Assembly (NCBI GenBank): GCA_021738485.1
Contig: JAIPBX010000001.1
Location: 4,702 to 68,701 of the forward strand
DNA length: 64,000 bases
Origin: Bacteroidales bacterium
GTDB taxonomy: Bacteria > Bacteroidota > Bacteroidia > Bacteroidales > JAIPAH01
Direction of reading: 5' to 3'
Below the pieces are notes generated by a model. That model was not told where the DNA came from and did not search any database. It saw nothing but the letters and a program-made list of their open reading frames with translations. Positions 9,463 through 16,692 of this stretch are shown in pieces. Made by a program: the position numbers and the translations under genes. Positions within the stretch are counted from its first letter, which is position 1. Each line of letters opens with the position of its first letter.

Positions 9463-9534
9463 AGCGAGAAACGGGGCTCGAACCCGCGACCCTCAGCTTG
9501 GGAAGCTGATGCTCTACCACTGAGCTACTCTCGC
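9463..9534 (-). tRNA. tRNA-Gly (anticodon CCC)
   Basis: The reverse complement GCGAGAGTAGCTCAGTGGTAGAGCATCAGCTTCCCAAGCTGAGGGTCGCGGGTTCGAGCCCCGTTTCTCGCT folds into a full cloverleaf. The anticodon loop is TTCCCAA and the T-loop is TTCGAGC. No CCA end is encoded. Confidence 0.9.
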
Positions 9535-9556
9535 TTGTTTTTTTTATTTTACCTTT

Positions 9557-9600
9557 GCTTGGGATCCGCCTAGGGCGGACTTCCACTGAGCTACTCTCGT
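9557..9600 (-). pseudogene. tRNA-Gly-like remnant (5' end to anticodon loop) with the same type of hairpin
   Basis: The reverse complement is ACGAGAGTAGCTCAGTGG + AAGTCCGCCCTAGGCGGA + TCCCAAGC, after which homology is lost. The hairpin is at 9565..9579. Confidence 0.7.
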
Positions 9601-9692
9601 TTTTACTGCTTCAAATTTATTTAAACTTGATGGATTATCAAACAACTTCTTTAATGATAATCATTAATTTTTGTTGTTTCAAATTCCTTTCA

Positions 9693-10880
9693 TTAGTCAG
9701 GAGTATTTATCAGCTCCATAAACTCCTTTCTTATGCTTCTCCAGTTTCTGATTTTTATAGTTTTGTAGGAAAACTCGATATTACCACCGTAGATAAGTAA
9801 AAGATTTTTGGCTGGAAGCCCTGACAACTCACTCCAATACATTAGCGTATCTGTAAATTCTTTGCGAAAAGTCTGAGAGGACTTAATCTCAAGAGCCCTA
9901 ACTCTGATTCCTGCATCTATGACAAGATCGATTTCTTTCTTGTGATTATTCCGCCAAAAGTAAAAGGAAAATCCGCTGTTTTGGTTGTGATTTGCTTTAA
10001 TGAACTCACTGATAACCATGTTCTCAAAAAGATTTCCTCTCGCAAAATGCAATACCAGGCTGTCTTTATCTCTTAAACCAAGCAAGTAAGCTGCTAATCC
10101 CGTATCATAGAAGTAGATTTTTGGCTGTTTGACCACTCTTTTATTAAAGTTTTTAAACCAAGGCTGCAGACGGTAGACTATATAAGATGCTTCAAGCATT
10201 GATATCCAATTTTCAACTGTAACATGTGAAACCCCCGTCTCTACTGCTAATTCATGTTTGTTTAATAGCTGACCTATCCGTCCGGCCAGTAAGCTCAGCA
10301 TTTTACGAAAGCGACTTAAATCGCTTATATTAAATACTCTTCTGAGGTCTCTTTCCACATAGGTTTCCAGGTAGGTCGAATAAAAGGAATAGGGCCGTAT
10401 GTTTCTGTCGTAAATAGGAGGATAACTCCCCTTCAGTATGTAGGCATTGTCCTCTTCAAAACTTTCAGTGAAATGATTTGCAATTTCATCATAAGAAAAA
10501 GGCAAAAGGGTTGCTATTCCAACCCGTCCTGCCAAAGACTGGCTTATTTGCTCTAAAACCAGGTAGTTCTGCGAGCCTGTCAGGATGTATTTCCCCATTT
10601 GGTCCGTTGAATCTGCCAGGCCCTGTAAGTGAGAAAAAAGCTCAGGCACGTTTTGTACTTCATCTATAATGATGTTTCCATTGAATCGTTTAAAAAAGCC
10701 ATTCGGGTCCTCTTCTGCAAGTGTCCTGAATTCTGGCTCTTCAAGAGATACATAATCATGATTAGGGAATACCATTTTAGATAAAGTGGTCTTGCCTGAT
10801 TGTCTGGGCCCGTTAATAACGACAATAGGAAACTCTTTGGCCAATATGAGGAGTTCCTTTTCAATATTTCTTTGAATCAT
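9693..10880 (-). CDS. AAA+ ATPase with C-terminal DUF4143 domain
   Basis: 395 aa. It has Walker A (INGPRQSGKTTL) and Walker B (IIIDEVQ), and the typical AAA_14/DUF4143 tail (...FENMVISEF...FWRNNHKKEIDLVI). Confidence 0.85.
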   Translation of the reverse strand: MIQRNIEKELLILAKEFPIVVINGPRQSGKTTLSKMVFPNHDYVSLEEPEFRTLAEEDPNGFFKRFNGNIIIDEVQNVPELFSHLQGLADSTDQMGKYILTGSQNYLVLEQISQSLAGRVGIATLLPFSYDEIANHFTESFEEDNAYILKGSYPPIYDRNIRPYSFYSTYLETYVERDLRRVFNISDLSRFRKMLSLLAGRIGQLLNKHELAVETGVSHVTVENWISMLEASYIVYRLQPWFKNFNKRVVKQPKIYFYDTGLAAYLLGLRDKDSLVLHFARGNLFENMVISEFIKANHNQNSGFSFYFWRNNHKKEIDLVIDAGIRVRALEIKSSQTFRKEFTDTLMYWSELSGLPAKNLLLIYGGNIEFSYKTIKIRNWRSIRKEFMELINTPD

Positions 10881-10988
10881 TGCTGTACAATTTGAAAGTG
10901 ACGTTTACATACTGTACAAAGATAATGTATTTTAGTGCAAAAAGAAAGGGCGTTTTGAGCAAGGGAATACATTGAAAAGCATGAAAAG

Positions 10989-11075
10989 TAGCCCCGCCAG
11001 GACTCCCCGCCCGAACTACTGACGTCATTCAGTCGGGCAGGGAACCTGGATCTAAGGTTTAGGAAACCTCTATTC
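10989..11075 (-). pseudogene. 3' fragment of tRNA-Arg(CCT) (nt 22 to discriminator) carrying a T-loop hairpin insert
   Basis: The reverse complement is GAATAGAGGTTTCCTAAACCTTAGATCCAGGTTC[36-nt insert]GAGTCCTGGCGGGGCTA. It is collinear with the intact gene from G22 onward. The first 6 nt overlap the stop of the GIY-YIG ORF. Confidence 0.8.
11006..11041. repeat. GC-rich hairpin mini-element, subtype B, in the T-loop of the tRNA-Arg fragment
   Basis: The sequence cccgcccgaactactgacgtcattcagtcgggcagg is inserted between the C and G that are adjacent in the intact gene (ggactc|gaacc). Confidence 0.8.
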
Positions 11076-11318
11076 TTTCTTAATCTTTTTAGTTAAATAC
11101 CTTCTACCGGCGGCAGTCTTAAAATATTTTTCACGCTTTATTGCTTCTTGCCGGGTTGAAAAAACCTCATAATAATATAACTTCCACGGTATAAAAGCTT
11201 TTGTGGATTTTGTCTTTCCTTTGTTATGCTCATCAATCCGGTCTTCCAGGTTTTCACAATGACCTTTGTAATATCTTTTATGGCTCCGACTATATAAAAC
11301 ATATGCATAGAAAGGCAT
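11070..11318 (-). CDS. small GIY-YIG nuclease family protein (UPF0213-like)
   Basis: 82 aa. FYAYVLYS...YYKGHCENLEDRIDEHN...EAIKREKYFK carries the GIY / YIG / R / E motif series. It starts 19 nt downstream of tRNA-Arg on the same strand. Confidence 0.8.
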   Translation of the reverse strand: MPFYAYVLYSRSHKRYYKGHCENLEDRIDEHNKGKTKSTKAFIPWKLYYYEVFSTRQEAIKREKYFKTAAGRRYLTKKIKKE

Positions 11319-11337
11319 ATCGGGTTAGTTTTATTAG

Positions 11338-11409
11338 TAGCCCCGCCAGGACTCGAACCTGGATCAAAGGTTTAGGAAACCTCTATTCTATCCCTTGAAC
11401 TACGGGGCC
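11338..11409 (-). tRNA. tRNA-Arg (anticodon CCT)
   Basis: The reverse complement GGCCCCGTAGTTCAAGGGATAGAATAGAGGTTTCCTAAACCTTTGATCCAGGTTCGAGTCCTGGCGGGGCTA gives a 72-nt cloverleaf. The anticodon loop is TTCCTAA and the T-loop is TTCGAGT. Confidence 0.9.
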
Positions 11410-11533
11410 AAATTTTTACGTAAAATTAAGAACTTTTGCTAGCAACCTTAAGATCTGCTATTTCTTATCGTTACCTTACCTGGATTCTTTTACTCAAACC
11501 TGGTAAAGTATTTAACAAATCCCGCCAGGACTC

Positions 11534-11565
11534 CCCGCCCGAACGTACCGTTCGGTACGGGCGGG
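11534..11565. repeat. GC-rich hairpin mini-element, subtype A, in the T-loop
   Basis: The sequence cccgcccgaacgtaccgttcggtacgggcggg has perfect 8-nt terminal arms. It sits at the same C|G site as 11006..11041. Confidence 0.8.
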
Positions 11566-11599
11566 GAACCTGGATCAAAGGTTTAGGAAACCTCTATTC

Positions 11600-11635
11600 C
11601 CTGCCCGAACGACTGATGTCATTCAGTCGGGCGGG
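11600..11635. repeat. GC-rich hairpin mini-element, subtype B, at the D-loop/D-stem junction
   Basis: The sequence cctgcccgaacgactgatgtcattcagtcgggcggg is near-identical to 11006..11041. It is inserted between ctctattc and tatccc. Confidence 0.8.
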
Positions 11636-11716
11636 TATCCCTTGAACTACGGGGCCAAATTGGCGCTGCAAAATTCTAAAAAATATCGCGCTAATGCAAG
11701 CGACCTTATGGTTTAT

Positions 11717-13783
11717 CTAACGGACTTCCGATCCGTTATCCAGATTCTTATCCGGCTGGATGAAGCTAAGCTGACCGTTGGCATCTTCGGCCATGAGTAT
11801 CATCCCTTTCGATTCGATACCTTTGATTTTCTTGGGCTCCAGGTTGACCAGGATGCTTACTTTCTTCCCGACAATCTCTTCCGGTTTGTAATATTCGGCA
11901 ATCCCCGAAACGACCGTTCGCTGATCAATACCGGTATCGATTTTCAGTTTCAGTAATTTCTTGGTTTTCGGGACTTTTTCGGCCTCCAGGACCTCTCCTA
12001 TCCGAACATCCATTCCGCTAAAGGTCTCGAAATCAATATTCTCTTTCGCCGGTTTGACTTTTGCATTGGTTTTTTCATTCGCCTTGCGGGCCTCGATGAG
12101 TTTGTTTTTCTGGCCGGTGACCACCTCATCTTCGATTTTTTCAAACAAATGCTCCGGCTTGTTAAACTGATGCCCTTCAGAAATGATGTCTATCCGTCCG
12201 GCATCATCCCATTCAAGCATTTCAATATTCAGCATTCTTCTGAGGCGTTCGGCTGTGTATGGGATAAATGGCTCAGCCAGCGTACTCAGGTTGGCACATA
12301 TCTGCAGTGAAAGATTCATTATGGTCTTCACCCGTTCCGGATTGGTTTTCTGCAATTTCCAGGGTTCGTTATCCGTCAGGTATTTATTTCCGAGACGTGC
12401 CAGCATCATCATTTCGTTGAGCGCTTCCCTGAGCTTGTAGTTTTCTATTTTATCAGCGATCCGCTCCGGGAATGTTTTAACTTCTTCGCTCACTTGCTTG
12501 TCTTCCTCCGTCCATTCACCGGCTTGGGGCATTGTTCCGTCGTAATACTTTTTAGTCAGCACCATGGAGCGGTTGACGAAGTTGCCGAAAATGGCCAGCA
12601 ATTCGTTGTTGTTTCGTGCCTGAAAATCTTTCCAGGTGAAATCATTGTCTTTTGCTTCCGGGGCATTCGCAGTAAGCACATACCTTAACGTATCTTCCTT
12701 TCCTGGAAGTTCTTCCAGGAACTCATGCAGCCATACGGCCCAGTTGCGGGATGTCGAAATCTTATCGTTTTCCAGGTTCAGGAACTCGTTAGCCGGAACG
12801 TTATCCGGGAGGATGTAACTGCCTTCCGCCTTCATCATCACAGGAAAGATGATGCAATGAAAAACAATGTTGTCTTTCCCTATAAAATGGACAAGCTTAC
12901 TATCCTCGCTTTTCCAGTATGGCTCCCAATCGATGCCTTTTTCCTCCGCCCACTCCTTGGTGGCAGAAATATAACCAATTGGTGCATCGAACCATACATA
13001 CAGGACCTTGCCTTCCGCTCCGGCACCCTCTACCGGAACTTTCACACCCCAATCAAGATCGCGGGTCACCGCCCGCGGCTTGAGGCCCGTATCAATCCAC
13101 GACTTCACCTGCCCATAAACATTACTTTTCCAGTCGTGCTTGTGTCCCTCCAGAATCCATTTACGAAGCCAGCCCTCATACTGTTCGAGCGGCAGATACC
13201 AATGCTTGGTTTTGCGCAGCACCGGCTTGTTTCCACTTATCATCGAAACCGGGTTAATCAATTCTCGCGGACTTAGCGCCGTTCCACAGCTTTCGCATTG
13301 GTCGCCATAAGCTTTGTCATAACTACACTGAGGACAAGTCCCCATGATGTACCGGTCTGCCAAAAACTGCTGATTCTCCTCATCAAAATAATTTTCCTCT
13401 TCCTTTTCTATAAACTTGTCTTTGTCGTAAAGTTTCTTGAAAAAATCAGCCGCCGTCTCGTGGTGGATAGGCTTGGAAGTACGCGAATACACATCAAAGG
13501 AAATCCCCAGCTTTTCGAATGATTCATAATTCAGTTTATGATAGCGATCTACGATTTCCTGCGGCGAAACCCCTTCCTTCTTGGCCTTCAAGGTAATAGG
13601 CACCCCATGCTCATCCGAACCGCAGATGAAAGCCACATCCCGGCCTTTGGCCCTGAGATAACGGGAATAAATATCCGCCGGGACATACACACCGGCAAGG
13701 TGCCCGATGTGAATCGGACCGTTAGCATATGGCAGTGCTGCCGTAACCGTATAACGCTTTGGCTGTTTTTTTTCCATGTTCAA
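11717..13783 (-). CDS. metG: methionine--tRNA ligase
   Basis: 688 aa. It has the HIGH motif ([14 protein letters not shown]), a KMSKS-like motif (KISTSRN), a Zn knuckle ([18 protein letters not shown]) and a C-terminal Trbp111-like tRNA-binding domain. Confidence 0.95.
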   Translation of the reverse strand: MNMEKKQPKRYTVTAALPYANGPIHIGHLAGVYVPADIYSRYLRAKGRDVAFICGSDEHGVPITLKAKKEGVSPQEIVDRYHKLNYESFEKLGISFDVYSRTSKPIHHETAADFFKKLYDKDKFIEKEEENYFDEENQQFLADRYIMGTCPQCSYDKAYGDQCESCGTALSPRELINPVSMISGNKPVLRKTKHWYLPLEQYEGWLRKWILEGHKHDWKSNVYGQVKSWIDTGLKPRAVTRDLDWGVKVPVEGAGAEGKVLYVWFDAPIGYISATKEWAEEKGIDWEPYWKSEDSKLVHFIGKDNIVFHCIIFPVMMKAEGSYILPDNVPANEFLNLENDKISTSRNWAVWLHEFLEELPGKEDTLRYVLTANAPEAKDNDFTWKDFQARNNNELLAIFGNFVNRSMVLTKKYYDGTMPQAGEWTEEDKQVSEEVKTFPERIADKIENYKLREALNEMMMLARLGNKYLTDNEPWKLQKTNPERVKTIMNLSLQICANLSTLAEPFIPYTAERLRRMLNIEMLEWDDAGRIDIISEGHQFNKPEHLFEKIEDEVVTGQKNKLIEARKANEKTNAKVKPAKENIDFETFSGMDVRIGEVLEAEKVPKTKKLLKLKIDTGIDQRTVVSGIAEYYKPEEIVGKKVSILVNLEPKKIKGIESKGMILMAEDANGQLSFIQPDKNLDNGSEVR

Positions 13784-13877
13784 TGCTTTTCCTTACTGAT
13801 TTGATGTCCGCAAAGGTAAGAATTTGTAGGGAGATATAATTTTTATAGTTATCTAACTTTTATCCTAAGCTAATGGA

Positions 13878-14375
13878 TTATAAAATTTTAAATACACAAA
13901 TAACAACGAAAGCAACTAACTGTATACCAATAAATATCCCTGATTTATTATAATATCTGAATTTTTTATCTGCTATTTTTGATACCTCATAAACCTGGTA
14001 TAGAACATCATCCAAAAACTCGTTTTCTTCAGTCTCTTTGAAATCGGTACGATATTCCAGCGCTTTGTTCCGTTGAGAGACATGATGATGATAAATTAAT
14101 TTTGGCACTGACATGTCCGTATTGGAAGCATAACGTGGGTAAATGGTTAAAAGAGCAAAAACAATAAACAAAAGAAATGCTATCAGAAACACACCAATTA
14201 AGATTTGTGCAGGTAAACCAATTAATAAAAGCGAATTGAAATTAGTCAAAACATAGGTTGTCGATATACCACTGATCACTAACAAGAATTTGATTTTAGA
14301 ATCAGCAAATTTTACCATATCCTGGTTATTTATCAGGATTTTCCAGGCGAAATCTATTTTATCTTTATCATTCAT
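13878..14375 (-). CDS. small membrane protein with DUF5706 / Pycsar-effector-like domain
   Basis: 165 aa. NNQDMVKFADSKIKFLLVISGI is followed by two TM helices, a soluble stretch (YPRYASN...LYQVYEVSKIADKKFRYYN) and a last TM helix. This matches my recollection of the DUF5706 layout (..L..ADnKAn + TM ... KY..l). Confidence 0.55.
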   Translation of the reverse strand: MNDKDKIDFAWKILINNQDMVKFADSKIKFLLVISGISTTYVLTNFNSLLLIGLPAQILIGVFLIAFLLFIVFALLTIYPRYASNTDMSVPKLIYHHHVSQRNKALEYRTDFKETEENEFLDDVLYQVYEVSKIADKKFRYYNKSGIFIGIQLVAFVVICVFKIL

Positions 14376-14440
14376 GTAAATTTATTATAATTTGGTTTAT
14401 TAAAATTAATACTTTCAGATAGTAAAATTCCATAAAATAA

Positions 14441-14908
14441 TTGAATTTGAATAAGGAGAATCACTATATTTTCATGGCAGATATTATTAAAAGCCGAAGC
14501 AGAGAAGGTTCTGAACTTATGAAAGGCTTCAGGTATATGGTCGAAGAAACCACCGTTCAATACAAGTCCAAATTCATTTCCCCATTAACCATTACCCTTG
14601 GCGACGAATTTCAAAGCATCGTGCAATCCCTTCAAGACGGAATAGATCTGATTTTTCTAAAAGACAAAAAACTAACCGATTACCTCAATCAGCTCTTTTT
14701 TATCTACCACTCCATAATCAGCCACTGGAGCAGAAAAGATTATGAAATAATTGGCTACTTTATGCAATTAAAAGACTATAAAAAAGTAGCTGAATGGGCC
14801 GGAAGAGATGTTTCTTCTGCCTGGCGAAAACAAAAGACCCTAAGAATGAAAGAATACTTCACCGTTAAAAACCTTATACAATCAATGACCTATGAATCCT
14901 TTGAATGA
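14441..14908 (+). CDS. SatD-like protein (short form: N-terminal DIxxSR...GDEFQ module plus C-terminal HTH-like region)
   Basis: HYIFMADIIKSRS and LTITLGDEFQSIV are the two hallmark SatD motifs. The tail (YEIIGYFMQLKDYKKVAEWAGRDVSSAWRKQKTL) looks like an HTH. The frame opens at TTG 14441, right after an in-frame stop; the first ATG is at 14474. The protein is shorter than the roughly 200 aa I recall for typical SatD. Confidence 0.5.
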   Translation: MNLNKENHYIFMADIIKSRSREGSELMKGFRYMVEETTVQYKSKFISPLTITLGDEFQSIVQSLQDGIDLIFLKDKKLTDYLNQLFFIYHSIISHWSRKDYEIIGYFMQLKDYKKVAEWAGRDVSSAWRKQKTLRMKEYFTVKNLIQSMTYESFE

Positions 14909-15023
14909 AATGTTTATCAAAATCGGGGTCATAATAATTGGAGAGCTTTTGCTTTTCCCTACTTTCTGATTTTTCAGTAAATTATTTCTATCTTGTGAAC
15001 AAAACAAACAGAACCTCAATATC

Positions 15024-15800
15024 ATGATAGCATTGCCAATCAAATTAACTTATCTTGTTTTTAGTTTTTATTTCCTGCTAGGGAATTCTCTCTTTGCCCA
15101 AGATTATACTAGAGCTATAAATGCCAGAATAAAAACTCAAACAACTACAACCAAAGTAAAGACTATCAATAAGTTAGCCTATAATCAAAAAAGGACTTCA
15201 CTGGCTAAACCTCGAATTAAAGAAGAAAAAGAACGACTTAAAAATTCCAATGAGAAAAATAACAACCTCTTAGAAGCAGTTAATCAACGATATAGAGTCT
15301 TGAGAGTCCTTTGGCTAAGCATTATAATTCTTTTCCTAATTACCATAGCCTATTTTCTGAAAAAGAAAGAAAAACAACAAAACATATTTCGCAATACTTT
15401 TGCTAAAGATGGAAAAAGTGAGTTGATCCAACGAATGCGAAATGAACATAATGCACAGGTTATAAGAAACAATTTAAAGGAGAAAGCAGACGGAGCTACT
15501 ATCGATAAAGTCATTAAGGATTTACAACTTAGCAGTAACAATACTTTTGATGAAGATTTCCTGATGATTTATCATAAAGTAGATGAGGAATTTTTTCCAA
15601 AACTCCGCAAGAAACACCCCAGCCTTACTAAACACGACCAAGTCCTTTGTGGAATGATTAAAATGGGACTTGATTCCAAACAGATAGCCCACATCACCTT
15701 TCGCAGCCCCGAAAGCATCCACGTAGCCCGCAGCCGACTAAGAAAAAAGCTAGCCATTATGGCAAAAGAAGATTTGGGGCTGTACATTCAGCGTATCTAG
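15024..15800 (+). CDS. membrane-anchored LuxR/GerE-type HTH regulator
   Basis: It has an N-terminal signal/TM segment, a central TM segment (VLWLSIIILFLITIAYFL) and a C-terminal LTKHDQVLCGMIKMGLDSKQIAHITFRSPESIHVARSRLRKKL. Confidence 0.6.
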   Translation: MIALPIKLTYLVFSFYFLLGNSLFAQDYTRAINARIKTQTTTTKVKTINKLAYNQKRTSLAKPRIKEEKERLKNSNEKNNNLLEAVNQRYRVLRVLWLSIIILFLITIAYFLKKKEKQQNIFRNTFAKDGKSELIQRMRNEHNAQVIRNNLKEKADGATIDKVIKDLQLSSNNTFDEDFLMIYHKVDEEFFPKLRKKHPSLTKHDQVLCGMIKMGLDSKQIAHITFRSPESIHVARSRLRKKLAIMAKEDLGLYIQRI

Positions 15801-16080
15801 TTTTTGAAAGTGTAGTATCAAATGAATAGTTTTTTCGTCATGTTAAGGTCGTGTTAAGGTAAATTTTTTCTTCTGCTTCGATTGTTTTAATATATTTCGA
15901 GCCATAGTAAGGATAATTAAAATCTATTATCTCCACTGCTATCAAGCCACAAGACAGGTGATTAAGATTAACAAATCATAGAACCAAGTGGAGCAGAAAC
16001 CACTATAAAAACTGAGCGATACCGAAAAGCTTTATGAGTAGGATAACCAAATACCATTTATTCACTTAAAATCAATTATT

Positions 16081-16539
16081 ATGAGAACATTAGGTAACAT
16101 TTTGTGGCATGTGCCCTTTTTAGGATTCTTAAATGCACTGGGAACCTTTCTTATCGGGGGATTATTTGTTATAACAGTAATTGGAGCTCCAATAGGCTTA
16201 GGCCTAATACAGTTATCAAAATTTTTGTTGACTCCTTTCTCAAGCGGAATGATTAATAAAAAAGACCTTAATGCAGAACAAAACCAGGCATGGCAAACTT
16301 TTGGGATAATAGTTAGAATTCTTTATTTCCCCTTTGGATTATTATTGGCTGTTGTGACAGTTTTCCAAATTGCAGGCCTTTTTGTTACAATTGTTGGAAT
16401 CCCGGTAGCATTAGTATTGGCTAAATCATTAAGTACCTTCTTTAATCCTGTAAACAAAACTTGCGTTTCCAAAGCAGTGGCTGATGAAGTAGCTTCCAGA
16501 AAAGCAAAAGCCGAGGTTGATAGGGCGTTTGCTAAATAA
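16081..16539 (+). CDS. yccF: YccF-domain inner membrane protein
   Basis: NILWHVPFLGFLNALGTFLIGGLFVITVIGAPIGLGLIQLSKF is followed by a second repeat, IVGIPVALVLAKS. This is the typical DUF307/YccF pattern. Confidence 0.8.
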   Translation: MRTLGNILWHVPFLGFLNALGTFLIGGLFVITVIGAPIGLGLIQLSKFLLTPFSSGMINKKDLNAEQNQAWQTFGIIVRILYFPFGLLLAVVTVFQIAGLFVTIVGIPVALVLAKSLSTFFNPVNKTCVSKAVADEVASRKAKAEVDRAFAK

Positions 16540-16574
16540 AAAATAACCAGTATTAATACATACAATAAATTAAT

Positions 16575-16609
16575 AAAGGGTTTAACCATAAAGAGTTAAA
16601 CCTTTTTTT
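16575..16609 (+). terminator. rho-independent terminator after yccF
   Basis: The hairpin aaagggtttaac-cataaaga-gttaaaccttt is followed by a T-run. Confidence 0.6.
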
Positions 16610-16692
16610 GCTCTATCCTTACGTTACTTTTGAAAACAGTATGATTCAGTTAAGCCATGCTATTTTTCTGATGCATATTCTCCATGGATGCT

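Larger units (their letters stand above)
11518..11656 (-). pseudogene. full-length tRNA-Arg(CCT) paralog interrupted by two hairpin inserts (T-loop and D-loop)
   Basis: It is collinear with 11338..11409 apart from the inserts at 11534..11565 and 11600..11635. The 3' acceptor strand has degenerated to CGGGATT. Confidence 0.75.

Noticed and set aside
9310-9600. The two flanking tRNA-Gly-like copies as additional functional tRNA genes
   Set aside because: One lacks a 5' acceptor strand and the other lacks everything 3' of the anticodon loop. Both lack the D-stem 3' strand and the anticodon-stem 5' strand. No cloverleaf can be drawn.
11534-11635. Hairpin inserts in the tRNA-Arg copy interpreted as archaeal-type (bulge-helix-bulge) tRNA introns at non-canonical positions
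   Set aside because: The positions (21/22 and 56/57) are suggestive. However, the hairpins pair flush to their ends with no 3-nt bulges and no 4-bp central helix. The host is bacterial, and the acceptor stem of the carrier copy is degenerate. A mobile hairpin insertion into a pseudogene copy is the simpler reading.
12725-13276. 183-aa plus-strand ORF inside metG, along with several other 60-90 aa ORFs in 11961..13804
   Set aside because: They are antisense to a complete, motif-rich metG. There is no independent evidence for them.
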